NCBI GenBank assembly: GCA_002441125.1
Contig: DJVI01000015.1
Coordinates: 69,315 to 133,314 of the forward strand
Length of the DNA stretch: 64,000 bases
Reading direction: 5' to 3'
Origin: a candidate division WOR-3 bacterium UBA6260
GTDB taxonomy: Bacteria; Hydrothermota; 32-111
A program made the translations under genes and the position numbers. Position 1 is the stretch's first letter. Each line of letters opens with the position of its first letter. The notes below the pieces were generated by a model, which worked only from the letters and a program-made list of their open reading frames with translations, searched no databases and was not told where the DNA came from. This document shows positions 47,101 through 54,811 of this stretch, piece after piece.

Positions 47101-47518
47101 TTATCTGTCCTATATGTTTTGAATAATCGTTGAAAGGTTTCACAATATCGAGTATCTTAGAAGAACCACTCGTAAATATGTTCAACTGGTTTATAACCTG
47201 ATCGAATTCTGTAACACTATTTTTAATACTTTCTGTAGAATTTTTCGAATAATCTATTAAAACATCCGCTGCCTCTGAAACTATCTGTATTGATGCATAG
47301 AGTTTATTCCCTCTATCCTCAATTTTTTCTATCTCTTCTATAAGCCCTTTCTCTTCAACTGAAATTGAGGATAGTATAGAATGGGCATTCCTGTTTATCT
47401 CAAGGAGTTCATCATCTTCTATTTTTATTGTTTTCAAAGCATAGACAAAAGCTGTAGGATCAAACTCCTCTTCTTGGACAACTCCCTTTCTTTTTAAAAA
47501 ATTAAAGAAAGAAACCAT
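44165..47518 (-). CDS. soluble chimeric chemoreceptor: MCP-signal-like coiled-coil N-terminal half fused to C-terminal family-5 solute-binding-protein domain
   Basis: 1117 aa, no TM or signal peptide. MCP core-like segments SAARNAGIKSYHAGESGKGFEVIADRMLLLANKT and LLSLYASIEAARSGKYQQNLAVIVSQTKELIKKA. Last ~500 aa SBP_bac_5-like (VHWHPALVGDSTSNTILQQIHSGLVKFGKDTNVVPALAKYWHINSDATEWIFFLRENAYFHDGTPVTAEDV...). Confidence 0.75.
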   Translation of the reverse strand: MVSFFNFLKRKGVVQEEEFDPTAFVYALKTIKIEDDELLEINRNAHSILSSISVEEKGLIEEIEKIEDRGNKLYASIQIVSEAADVLIDYSKNSTESIKNSVTEFDQVINQLNIFTSGSSKILDIVKPFNDYSKHIGQITEIIIGIAQMTESAARNAGIKSYHAGESGKGFEVIADRMLLLANKTFNLPKRIPESIENIKVKTEKVVESVDNVSYKIDTLKRNIDLLSFRLKNVQMNLLDIVSKSDRMKEYINIQDKNKNLINDLNRSVQNIVDVSLQSTEKLLTMVKTQSDVKIGLSNLMQQLDPLSDLIYGKKSIDNSISTELKMFKKIEITLENSKNIIDQTMSVIRDFIERNEEQSKVVKNYFQAIESIEESEQLMIKNVGEIEDNLNLLLGAVNEFSTSIINVKSEIEKTLNMILNLKDDFNDISINLKLIFETSIELKELSEQTRLLSLYASIEAARSGKYQQNLAVIVSQTKELIKKATDASLEIKNIVKNMENLLLDVLNIVDKELDSAKKIIFSIETSSKVVNDVKDSAENFKNLLKEIYDSITQQEKLKDDIVKLYKNIIAKSEKINQMAEELNKIFKNDILKSDDSLKMLRGIQDTISQKFIIKRNPEKNRFKFIMNNLPVHWHPALVGDSTSNTILQQIHSGLVKFGKDTNVVPALAKYWHINSDATEWIFFLRENAYFHDGTPVTAEDVKESFKNVLLTPNSSFVNMIKGAQNYIKRRARDVEGIEVIDDHTVKFVLDYPYIPFLSNLAVISLSIIKKDMVKFSDEKMKNNCIGCGPFVMKYVDDERILMESNKHYFGGEPFVENVEIKIKREEDEFEELLSKNIDYCSVNAEDLEKLKKLNRLDIKVLTIPSLDVQYVGFNFSRKNEITLTKEVRKAINYATDKSRYINETMFGLGIISKGVFPPSLQCYNKSQEGYPYNISKAKELMIKAGFSDGIKHHFEMICSNSERVLKRAELLQDMWQQIGIKIKIVPLKWVELLDRMHSGKCDLFMMGWAGDTGEPDNFLYPLFHSESFGDGGNNSFYSNREVDNLILKARMTTNFEERNKLYQDIEKIIVDDAPWVFLTHNYKQIAISEKVHGFYAHPLSALPIEYTWKEIEENGK

Positions 47519-47585
47519 TTTAAGTCCTTTTTAAAAATAAAATATATCATAATAATAAAAATAAATCAATATGTGATATGGGGAA

Positions 47586-48176
47586 TCAATCTAAATTCTG
47601 TCTCTTTTCAACAGAACATTGGAGTGTGAAATCATCTATATATTCGAAATCTGTACCAAAAGGTATTCCTCTTGCGATAGTTGTTATCCTTTCAACCTTA
47701 TCCTTTAAAAGTTTAGTTAGATATATAGTTGTTGTTTCTCCCTCAGTTGAAGGTGAAAGTGCTATTATCACCTCTTTAATATTTCCCTTCTCAACTCTTT
47801 GTAAAAGTTTATCGAATGAGAGTTTTTCAGGTGTTATCCCATCCAATGGAGAGATAAGTCCCCCAAGAATATGGTAAAGTCCATTGAACCTTTTTGTCCT
47901 TTCAAAAATAAACAGATCCCTCGGCTTTTCAAGAACCATCAAAATATTCTCATCCCTTTTTCCATTGGAACAGATACTACATGGGTCAGTTTCATCTATA
48001 CTTCCACATATAGAACAAACCTTCATATTTTCAGAGAGTTCAAGAATCGATTCCGATAACTCTTTCGAAAAATCTTTTCCTTTCGAGATCAAAAAGAATA
48101 TAAGTCTTTCAGCTGATTTATCACCAATACCAGGCAGTTCTTTCAAATTTTTTTTCAACCTTTCAAAACTTGTCAT
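47586..48176 (-). CDS. recR: recombination protein RecR
   Basis: 196 aa. HhH N-terminus, C4 zinc finger CSICGSIDETDPCSIC, Toprim. Confidence 0.9.
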   Translation of the reverse strand: MTSFERLKKNLKELPGIGDKSAERLIFFLISKGKDFSKELSESILELSENMKVCSICGSIDETDPCSICSNGKRDENILMVLEKPRDLFIFERTKRFNGLYHILGGLISPLDGITPEKLSFDKLLQRVEKGNIKEVIIALSPSTEGETTTIYLTKLLKDKVERITTIARGIPFGTDFEYIDDFTLQCSVEKRQNLD

Positions 48177-48177
48177 A

Positions 48178-48492
48178 TCAAAACCCTAAATTACCAGGCA
48201 GCTGAAAACCGCCTGTCAACTTTCCCATCTCTTCTTTGTTCAGTTGATCAACTTTGTTTTTAGCTTCGTTGAAAGCTGATTTTAAAAGATCCACAACTAT
48301 GTTTGGATCCTCATTTTTTAGAATCTCTTCAGATATTTTTATATCTACAACATCATACTTACCATTCATCTTTACTGTAACCATACCACCACCAACACTA
48401 ACATCTATTATAGTTTCTTTCAATTTTTCATCCATCTCTTCCATCATCTTTTGCATCTGTTGTGCCTGTTTCATAAGTTTTTTCATGTCCAT
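48178..48492 (-). CDS. ybaB: nucleoid-associated protein YbaB/EbfC
   Basis: 104 aa. ...LMKQAQQMQKMMEEM... and C-terminal GGFQLPG. Confidence 0.85.
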   Translation of the reverse strand: MDMKKLMKQAQQMQKMMEEMDEKLKETIIDVSVGGGMVTVKMNGKYDVVDIKISEEILKNEDPNIVVDLLKSAFNEAKNKVDQLNKEEMGKLTGGFQLPGNLGF

Positions 48493-48501
48493 AATTCCTC
48501 C

Positions 48502-50037
48502 TCAGTGAACTATCTCTCCATCGAACCTTTCAATTATTTTTAAGACATTTTCATTCTTTTCAAGACCATTGTTAATAATCTTGTTATCATCTTTTACATT
48601 TTTAAAAAAAAGAATTTCAAGATTTATTTTTTCGTTAAAATCTTTTATAAGATTTTTTATTTTATCCTCTTTTAAAACATATTCTAAAGAGTCGGGAAAA
48701 GAAATTTTAATATAATCTTTTTTCCTTTCAAGAAGATCACCATTTTCAAGTGCCGTTCCAACAACTGGATCTTTTCTTTTGCAAAACTCTATGAATTTTT
48801 CAAATACGAGATTCTCTTTCTCATCATCTTTTTTTTCTTCAACTTTTGTTTCTACCTTTTCTATCCTTTCATCGATTTTTTTTTCAACTATTTTTTTTTC
48901 TGTAAACTTTTTTTCGTTAAGAAGTCTTATTATCTCATCAATATCCCTTCCATCTATCATGAACGGAATCCTTGCAAGTTGATTCTCAACAACCATCTTT
49001 CTGTTTGAAGCGAACTTCAACTTGTTCGATAGTTCTATTAACTCTCTCGTTATCTGGTTTAAAGTAGTGTTGGAAAAATGTTTCGATTGCTCTTTCGCTT
49101 TTTCAAAGATTTCAGGATGTAGGGATGATATTTCATCTGTTGTTATATCATTTTTAAGAAGTGTAAGGTAGTGAAAATAGTTCGCGAACTCCGATACGAA
49201 AGTCTCTATATCAAAACCTTTCATCAAAAGTTCTTCAAAACTCTCTATTATTCCTTTCAAATCTTTTTCAATAACCTTTTGAACAAGTTTTACAAAAAAG
49301 TATGTATCCAAACGACCAAAGATAGAATTCACATCATCGTAGGTTATCTTTTTATGCATCAGTGCTATCTGATCAAGCATTGAGAGAGCATCCCTCATTC
49401 CTCCATCAGCCATCTGGGCTATAAGGTTTAGCCCTTCCAGTTCATATTCTATGTTTTGGTCCTTACAAATAATTTTCAGCTGCTTTACAATTTCAACTAT
49501 AGGTAACCTTTTAAAATCGAATCTCTGACATCTTGAAAGAATTGTTGGAATAACATTGAAAGGTTCAGTTGTGCAGAAAATGAATTTTACATGCTCTGGA
49601 GGTTCTTCGAGTATCTTCAAAAGAGCGTTGAAAGCCTCCTTTGTCAACATATGAACTTCATCTATTATGAAAACCTTATTCTTTGCTGAAATTGCAACAT
49701 ACCCTGCCTTATCTCTAAGATCTCTTATTTCATCTATTCCCCTATTTGATGCTCCATCTATCTCAACAACATCGACATCTCTTCCCTCCATTATATCCCT
49801 GCAAGATTTACATTTAAGACATGGTTCTCCATCCTCAACATTCTCACAGTTTAGAGCCATAGCCAAAATTCTTGCTGTTGATGTTTTTCCGACACCTCTT
49901 GGACCAGAGAAAAGTAAAGCGTGTGGAATCCTGTTATTTTTAACAGCATTCTTTAAAACTTTTACTATATGATCCTGACCAATAACATCTTCAAATCTCT
50001 GAGGTCTATATTTTCTGGCAAAAACTATATAAGACAT
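48502..50037 (-). CDS. dnaX: DNA polymerase III subunit gamma/tau
   Basis: 511 aa. Walker A GPRGVGKTS, zinc module CLKCKSC, SRC motif, AAA+ clamp-loader core. Confidence 0.9.
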   Translation of the reverse strand: MSYIVFARKYRPQRFEDVIGQDHIVKVLKNAVKNNRIPHALLFSGPRGVGKTSTARILAMALNCENVEDGEPCLKCKSCRDIMEGRDVDVVEIDGASNRGIDEIRDLRDKAGYVAISAKNKVFIIDEVHMLTKEAFNALLKILEEPPEHVKFIFCTTEPFNVIPTILSRCQRFDFKRLPIVEIVKQLKIICKDQNIEYELEGLNLIAQMADGGMRDALSMLDQIALMHKKITYDDVNSIFGRLDTYFFVKLVQKVIEKDLKGIIESFEELLMKGFDIETFVSEFANYFHYLTLLKNDITTDEISSLHPEIFEKAKEQSKHFSNTTLNQITRELIELSNKLKFASNRKMVVENQLARIPFMIDGRDIDEIIRLLNEKKFTEKKIVEKKIDERIEKVETKVEEKKDDEKENLVFEKFIEFCKRKDPVVGTALENGDLLERKKDYIKISFPDSLEYVLKEDKIKNLIKDFNEKINLEILFFKNVKDDNKIINNGLEKNENVLKIIERFDGEIVH

Positions 50038-50052
50038 ATATTTTCCTTTTTT

Positions 50053-50130
50053 TCAGGCGGCGGAGACAGAGGGCTTTTACTGCTGCTTCCTTTCGGATCT
50101 GACAGGGTTCAAGACATATCTCCCCGCCAT
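50053..50130 (-). ncRNA. ffs: signal recognition particle RNA (small 4.5S-type), upstream of dnaX
   Basis: Minus-strand sequence GGCGGGGAGAUAUGUCUUGAACCCUGUCAGAUCCGAAAGGAAGCAGCAGUAAAAGCCCUCUGUCUCCGCCGCCUG. Contains the conserved domain IV core (CAGAUCCGAAAGGAAGCAGC, cf. E. coli GGUCCGGAAGGAAGCAGC). 5' GGCGGGGAGA pairs with 3' UCUCCGCC. Canonical position 5' of dnaX-ybaB-recR. Confidence 0.75.
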
Positions 50131-50168
50131 TTTTATAATACCATTTATAAAACTATTTTCAAGATGAA

Positions 50169-51161
50169 TCATTTTTTGTTTTTCCTCTGTGCCCTTATAT
50201 GCTCTTTGTATGTTTTTGTGAAGGTGTGGGTTCCATCACCATTTGATACATAAAAGAGAAAATCATGTTTTTCTGGGTTCAAGGAAGCATCTATGGAAAC
50301 TTTTCCAGGTGAACATATTGGAGTTGGAGGGAGTCCGGGATTTTTGTAAGTATTGTATGGAGAGTTTATCTCAAGATCTTTATAGGATAATATTCCACCT
50401 TCCCTTCCGAGTGCATAAAAAACTGTTGCACAACATTGAAGGTTCATCCCTTTTTTTAACCTGTTGTAATAAACACCGGAAATTGTATACTTTTCATCAT
50501 CCAATTTTGCTTCCTTCTCTATTATTGATGCTAAAATAATATATGAGTACCTCGTAAAATTCAGATCATTTTTTTTAAAAATAGTTTCAGGATACTTCTC
50601 CTCAAAAAGTTTCAACATCTTCAGAACGATCTCCTTTGCCCCCATATCATCAGTAAAATAGTATGTTTCAGGGAGAAGGAAACCTTCACAATTTTTTCCT
50701 TCTATTCCATACTTTTTTAAGATCTCTTTGGATGAACATATCGAGAAAAACTCAAATGAATCTATATCGAGCTCTTCCTTCAACCTTCTAAAAATCTGTT
50801 TTAAAGTGAATCCTTCAGGTATAACGATCTTCTTTTGCAGAACTTTTCCTTTATAGATCTTGTTGAAAACAGAAAACTCATCCTGATCCTTCTCGAGAAG
50901 ATAAACACCAGCCTTCAACTTCCTATCGGCATTAAAAACTTTTACAAAAAATTTAAAAAGTTTTGGATTTTTTATTACGCTGCTATCGATAAGAACTTTT
51001 TCAATATCTTTAAAACTCATCCCATTCTCTATTTCGATCTTAAAATGCTCTTTTGGAGTCATATCCTTGTCAACTTTAAAATTATTATAATTCAACTTTA
51101 TTAAGATAACGGAAAAAATTATCAAAAGTAAAAAACCAAGATATTTACTTTTCCCTTTCAA
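50169..51161 (-). CDS. mltG: endolytic murein transglycosylase MltG (YceG-like)
   Basis: 330 aa. N-terminal TM, YceG domain with ...LQCCATVFYALG... and C-terminal ...TYKEHIRAQRKN. Confidence 0.85.
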   Translation of the reverse strand: MKGKSKYLGFLLLIIFSVILIKLNYNNFKVDKDMTPKEHFKIEIENGMSFKDIEKVLIDSSVIKNPKLFKFFVKVFNADRKLKAGVYLLEKDQDEFSVFNKIYKGKVLQKKIVIPEGFTLKQIFRRLKEELDIDSFEFFSICSSKEILKKYGIEGKNCEGFLLPETYYFTDDMGAKEIVLKMLKLFEEKYPETIFKKNDLNFTRYSYIILASIIEKEAKLDDEKYTISGVYYNRLKKGMNLQCCATVFYALGREGGILSYKDLEINSPYNTYKNPGLPPTPICSPGKVSIDASLNPEKHDFLFYVSNGDGTHTFTKTYKEHIRAQRKNKK

Positions 51162-51552
51162 AATTCAAATACTCCTTCATAATTATCATCGCCGATATAG
51201 AATCAACGATTTCCTCTTTTTTTTCTTTCAATCCACTCTCTCTTATCAACCTTTCAGATTCTTTGGTTGTTAACCTTTCGTTGAAAAAAATTTTATCTAC
51301 TCCACAAATATTCATTTTTCCAACAAGATCCTTTACCCAAAGAGACATTTCATTATCTTTTCCATCTTTATCGAGAGGAACACCAAATATTATTTGTTCA
51401 ATATTGTAATCCAAGATATACTGTTTTAAAACTTTTTCAAGTTCGTAAGTTTTTATTGCCTTTTGGGGTAAAATTATACCATCTAAACAAAGACATATAC
51501 CTGTTCTTTTCTTTCCTATATCAACAGATAAAAGGTTTGACATACTCTTCAA
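51145..51552 (-). CDS. ruvX: Holliday-junction resolvase-like protein YqgF/RuvX
   Basis: 135 aa. LLSVDIGKKRTGIC, RNase H-like YqgF pattern. Confidence 0.8.
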   Translation of the reverse strand: MKSMSNLLSVDIGKKRTGICLCLDGIILPQKAIKTYELEKVLKQYILDYNIEQIIFGVPLDKDGKDNEMSLWVKDLVGKMNICGVDKIFFNERLTTKESERLIRESGLKEKKEEIVDSISAMIIMKEYLNFEREK

Positions 51553-52567
51553 TTATCCCAATTAAAATTTTTAAAATCTCAAATCTTGAAAAACTTCTTG
51601 CCTTTCTGTTTCCAAGTTCTGAAATTTCGTAAAGTTTTTCTCTCTTTTCAAAAAGTTGATTTAAATTTTTTATTATTTCATCCTTATCATAATCAACTAT
51701 TATGGCGCTGCCTTTATAGTTTTTTTCTATATCAAAACTTTTGGTAGAAATAACAACACATTTCGAAGCCATGGCTTCGAGTATAGTTCTTCCCTGCTGC
51801 TCTTTCCAAGAAGGTGTATCCTTGGATAGATTTAAAAATATATCAACATCCTTATAAAAATCTTTCATTTTCTCATGCTCAACGAATCCTAAAAACTGAT
51901 ATTCTATTTTTGAGCTTTTCAGAAAATCTATAAGAAACTTTTCATATCTCCCTTTACCTGCTATTTTAATTTTGAAATCAAATTTCAAATTTTTCAAAAG
52001 TTCGATTAAAAGAGTAACCCCCTTGCTCTCTTCCAACCTTCCCGCGAAACCTAATGTCAATTTATCATTTGAAAAATTTTTATCCTCATTTAAAAAGAAA
52101 TCGTCAGGAACATGAAGAGGAACCATTTTAGACTCTTTGTTAAAAATCTTTTCAAGAACATCTTTCGAACCTTCTCCTACACCAACGAAAAGGTCTACTC
52201 TCTTTTTTACAAAACCGTATAAAATGTTCCTGAAAAAATCCCTTTTAAAAATGTTCTGAGCACCTCTTAAAATAGCTTTTTTATACCTTACATTTTTTAA
52301 AATAAAATATGTCTGTGGAAGATAAGGTTCCTCATCGATCCATAAAAGATCATATTCCTCTTTTTCTTTCAAAAAAGGTATATAACCATTTTTTGTAAAG
52401 GGAACTTTTAACTTTTTAAATCCGTTCTCATCAAAATATTTTTCTTCAAACTCTCCAATCCATTTTTTTGGATAAATTATCTTCACTTCATGCTCTTCCA
52501 TAAGCATCTGGAAAACTTCCCTATTTTGGGGATTAGAGTGCATATGACCAACAACCAGAATTTTCAT
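51521..52567 (-). CDS. glycosyltransferase, GT4 (group 1) family
   Basis: 348 aa. C-terminal E..GRTILEAMASKCVVIST motif. Confidence 0.6.
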   Translation of the reverse strand: MKILVVGHMHSNPQNREVFQMLMEEHEVKIIYPKKWIGEFEEKYFDENGFKKLKVPFTKNGYIPFLKEKEEYDLLWIDEEPYLPQTYFILKNVRYKKAILRGAQNIFKRDFFRNILYGFVKKRVDLFVGVGEGSKDVLEKIFNKESKMVPLHVPDDFFLNEDKNFSNDKLTLGFAGRLEESKGVTLLIELLKNLKFDFKIKIAGKGRYEKFLIDFLKSSKIEYQFLGFVEHEKMKDFYKDVDIFLNLSKDTPSWKEQQGRTILEAMASKCVVISTKSFDIEKNYKGSAIIVDYDKDEIIKNLNQLFEKREKLYEISELGNRKARSFSRFEILKILIGIIEEYVKPFIC

Positions 52568-52570
52568 ATT

Positions 52571-53296
52571 TCACCTCAAAATTTTGACATCACCCGCAAG
52601 AAAACTTTTCTTTCCTGAAAGTGTTTCCAAAACTATGGAGCCATCTTTTTCAAATCCAACAACTTTCCCTTCAAAAACCTCTTTCTGTAAAGTTAAACTA
52701 ACATTTCTACCTACCATACCACTCTCATTTAAAAAGTTCAAAATCTCTTCAAAATCTTTCACACCCAATATATTTTTTAAAACAGAATAAAGAACATCCC
52801 AAAGATCTCTTCTTTTACCAGTTTTAAGATATATTGATGTTGCAACACTTTCGATACTATCGGGGAAAATATCGTTGTTGACATTTATACCTATTCCTGC
52901 AAGAATGATGTTATCAAAATATTCAAGAAGTATTCCAGATATCTTCCTATCATCACATAGAATATCGTTTGGCCATCTGTAAGTTAAATTGTCAATTTCT
53001 CCTTTCAGATAGTTGTAAACTCCCATACAACATACGATGGAGAAAAATTGAACAGGATAGGATAGATTTTTAGAATCAAAGGTAAAGGAGAAGTAGAGCC
53101 CTCCTTCATAAGATTCCCATCTTCTGTTGAATCTACCATACCCTTTATTCTGTTTTTTTGCAACTATCAAAAAATTTTTCTTCCCCTTCTTCAAAAGTTC
53201 AATACCTCTTAAATTGGTGGAATCCGTTTCATCAAAATATATATAATCTTCAAAATCGAATCCTTTTTTAATTTTTAAAAAATCAAACATTTTCAA
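52571..53296 (-). CDS. birA: biotin--[acetyl-CoA-carboxylase] ligase (class I, no HTH)
   Basis: 241 aa. QNKGYGRFNRRWESYEGGLYFSF biotin-ligase motif. Confidence 0.7.
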   Translation of the reverse strand: MKMFDFLKIKKGFDFEDYIYFDETDSTNLRGIELLKKGKKNFLIVAKKQNKGYGRFNRRWESYEGGLYFSFTFDSKNLSYPVQFFSIVCCMGVYNYLKGEIDNLTYRWPNDILCDDRKISGILLEYFDNIILAGIGINVNNDIFPDSIESVATSIYLKTGKRRDLWDVLYSVLKNILGVKDFEEILNFLNESGMVGRNVSLTLQKEVFEGKVVGFEKDGSIVLETLSGKKSFLAGDVKILR

Positions 53297-54149
53297 CCTT
53301 CATACTTATATCGAGAGCTTTCGCTGAATGTGTTATTTTCCCTATAGAAATGAAATCGGGATACTTTTGAGCGTAAAGTTCAATATTCTTTTCATCTATG
53401 TTACCAGAAATTTCAACCTGACATCTCCCATTTATCAATTTTATAGATTTTTCAACATTTTCGGGTGTCATGTTATCCAAAAGTATCCTATCAACAGGAT
53501 AATTCAAAACTTTTTCTATCTCTTCGATATCTTTTACTTCAACTATTATCTTTTTATCCGGATATTTATTTTTCATTCTCTGGATAACTGTAAAGTCATC
53601 TTTCATAAATGAAAGATGGTTATCTTTGATCATTATCTGATCGTAAAGATCGAACCTATGGTTTATACCACCACCACATAAAACTGCATACTTTTCAAGT
53701 GCTCTGAGTCCAGGAGTTGTTTTTCTCGTATCAAGTATTTTAACATTGTACTTTTCAACAATTTTTACAAATTTTTGTGTATAAGTTGCTATACCTGAAA
53801 GATGTTGGATGAAATTAAGTATTGTCCTCTCAGCTGAAAGCATCCCTCTAATTTTTCCCTTCACTTTTGCGAGTTTATCACCCTTTTTTATATTTTCACC
53901 ATCCTCAGCAAAATATTCAACAACATAAACACCAAAATTTTGAAGAACAATCTCTGCTATCTGTATCCCTGAAAGAACACCATTATCCTTCGCAATGATA
54001 TTTGCAGTTCCTTCAGATTCCTCTGGAACACACATCTGTGTAGTTATATCTGTAAATGCTCTATCTTCCTTTATCGATTCCATAACTACAAACTCTATGC
54101 TTGCTCTATCAACAATTTTAAAAATGTTCAAGAAACACCCCCTTTTCAT
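53283..54149 (-). CDS. nadC: nicotinate-nucleotide diphosphorylase (quinolinate phosphoribosyltransferase)
   Basis: 288 aa. QRPRTase N- and C-domains (...ILDTRKTTPGLRALEKYAVLCGGGINHRFDLYD...). Confidence 0.85.
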   Translation of the reverse strand: MKRGCFLNIFKIVDRASIEFVVMESIKEDRAFTDITTQMCVPEESEGTANIIAKDNGVLSGIQIAEIVLQNFGVYVVEYFAEDGENIKKGDKLAKVKGKIRGMLSAERTILNFIQHLSGIATYTQKFVKIVEKYNVKILDTRKTTPGLRALEKYAVLCGGGINHRFDLYDQIMIKDNHLSFMKDDFTVIQRMKNKYPDKKIIVEVKDIEEIEKVLNYPVDRILLDNMTPENVEKSIKLINGRCQVEISGNIDEKNIELYAQKYPDFISIGKITHSAKALDISMKVENV

Positions 54150-54811
54150 CTATCACGATATAACTTCCATTCTCTTTGAAATCCGATAAAGCGTAAATCC
54201 TTTTATCCTCCGAAACAAAATCTAAATGGTAATGACCAACAACAATTTTTTGAAAATCCTTTTCGAAATTTTTTTTAAAACTCTCTTCCAACCTTTTCAT
54301 CTTTTCCTTTTTATCTACCCTTCTTAAATTACAAAGGTTTGATACCAATATCCCGACTCTATATCCTAAACTCTCGGGCAGGAGTGAAAAAAGAAATCTA
54401 TCGAATTTGTTTTCCAAAATGAAATAGAAAAATTTTTTCAACATACTATCATTTTTCAACAGATGCCCATGTGTCAAAAGAACTTTTCCCCAATCGTAAT
54501 CAAAATATAACCTATCAACAACATCTTTGCAACCTGTAATTTCCTTAAAACCCTTTCCCAAGAAAATATCGTGGTTTCCTCTAATAAAAAAAATTTCATA
54601 ATCTTTTGAGATATCCTTTAAAAAATCAAGTAAATCTATATTCTCTTTTTTATAAAACTTACCTTTAAATTCAAAAAAAAAAATCGAAAGTGTCTCCAAG
54701 AAAAATTACCTTTTTGAATTCATCCCTTTTTAAGAGTTCCTTAATCTTTGAAAAGATTTTATAATCACCTTTTCTGTAATGAATATCAGAAAGAACTACC
54801 AGTTTTGTCAT
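54118..54811 (-). pseudogene. LpxH-like UDP-2,3-diacylglucosamine hydrolase / metallophosphoesterase, reading frame broken in an A11/T11 homopolymer
   Basis: ATG at 54811 encodes MTKLVVLSDIHYRKGDYKIFSKIKELLKRDEFKKVIFLGDTFDFFF (metallophosphoesterase motifs I/II). It stops at TGA inside the T11 run (plus-strand A11 at 54673-54683). The remaining C-terminal 193 aa (FIRGNHD..., LTHGHLL, GHYH) continue in another frame (track ORF 54118..54699, TTG start). Deleting one T restores ...LGDTFDFFFEFKGKFYKK.... Confidence 0.6.

Noticed and set aside
47519-47585. Possible promoter for the MCP-che-TPR-roadblock operon in the recR/MCP gap
   Set aside because: A minus-strand TTGATT ... TATGAT arrangement can be read, but spacing is not convincing and the region is ~80% A+T. 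Left uncalled.
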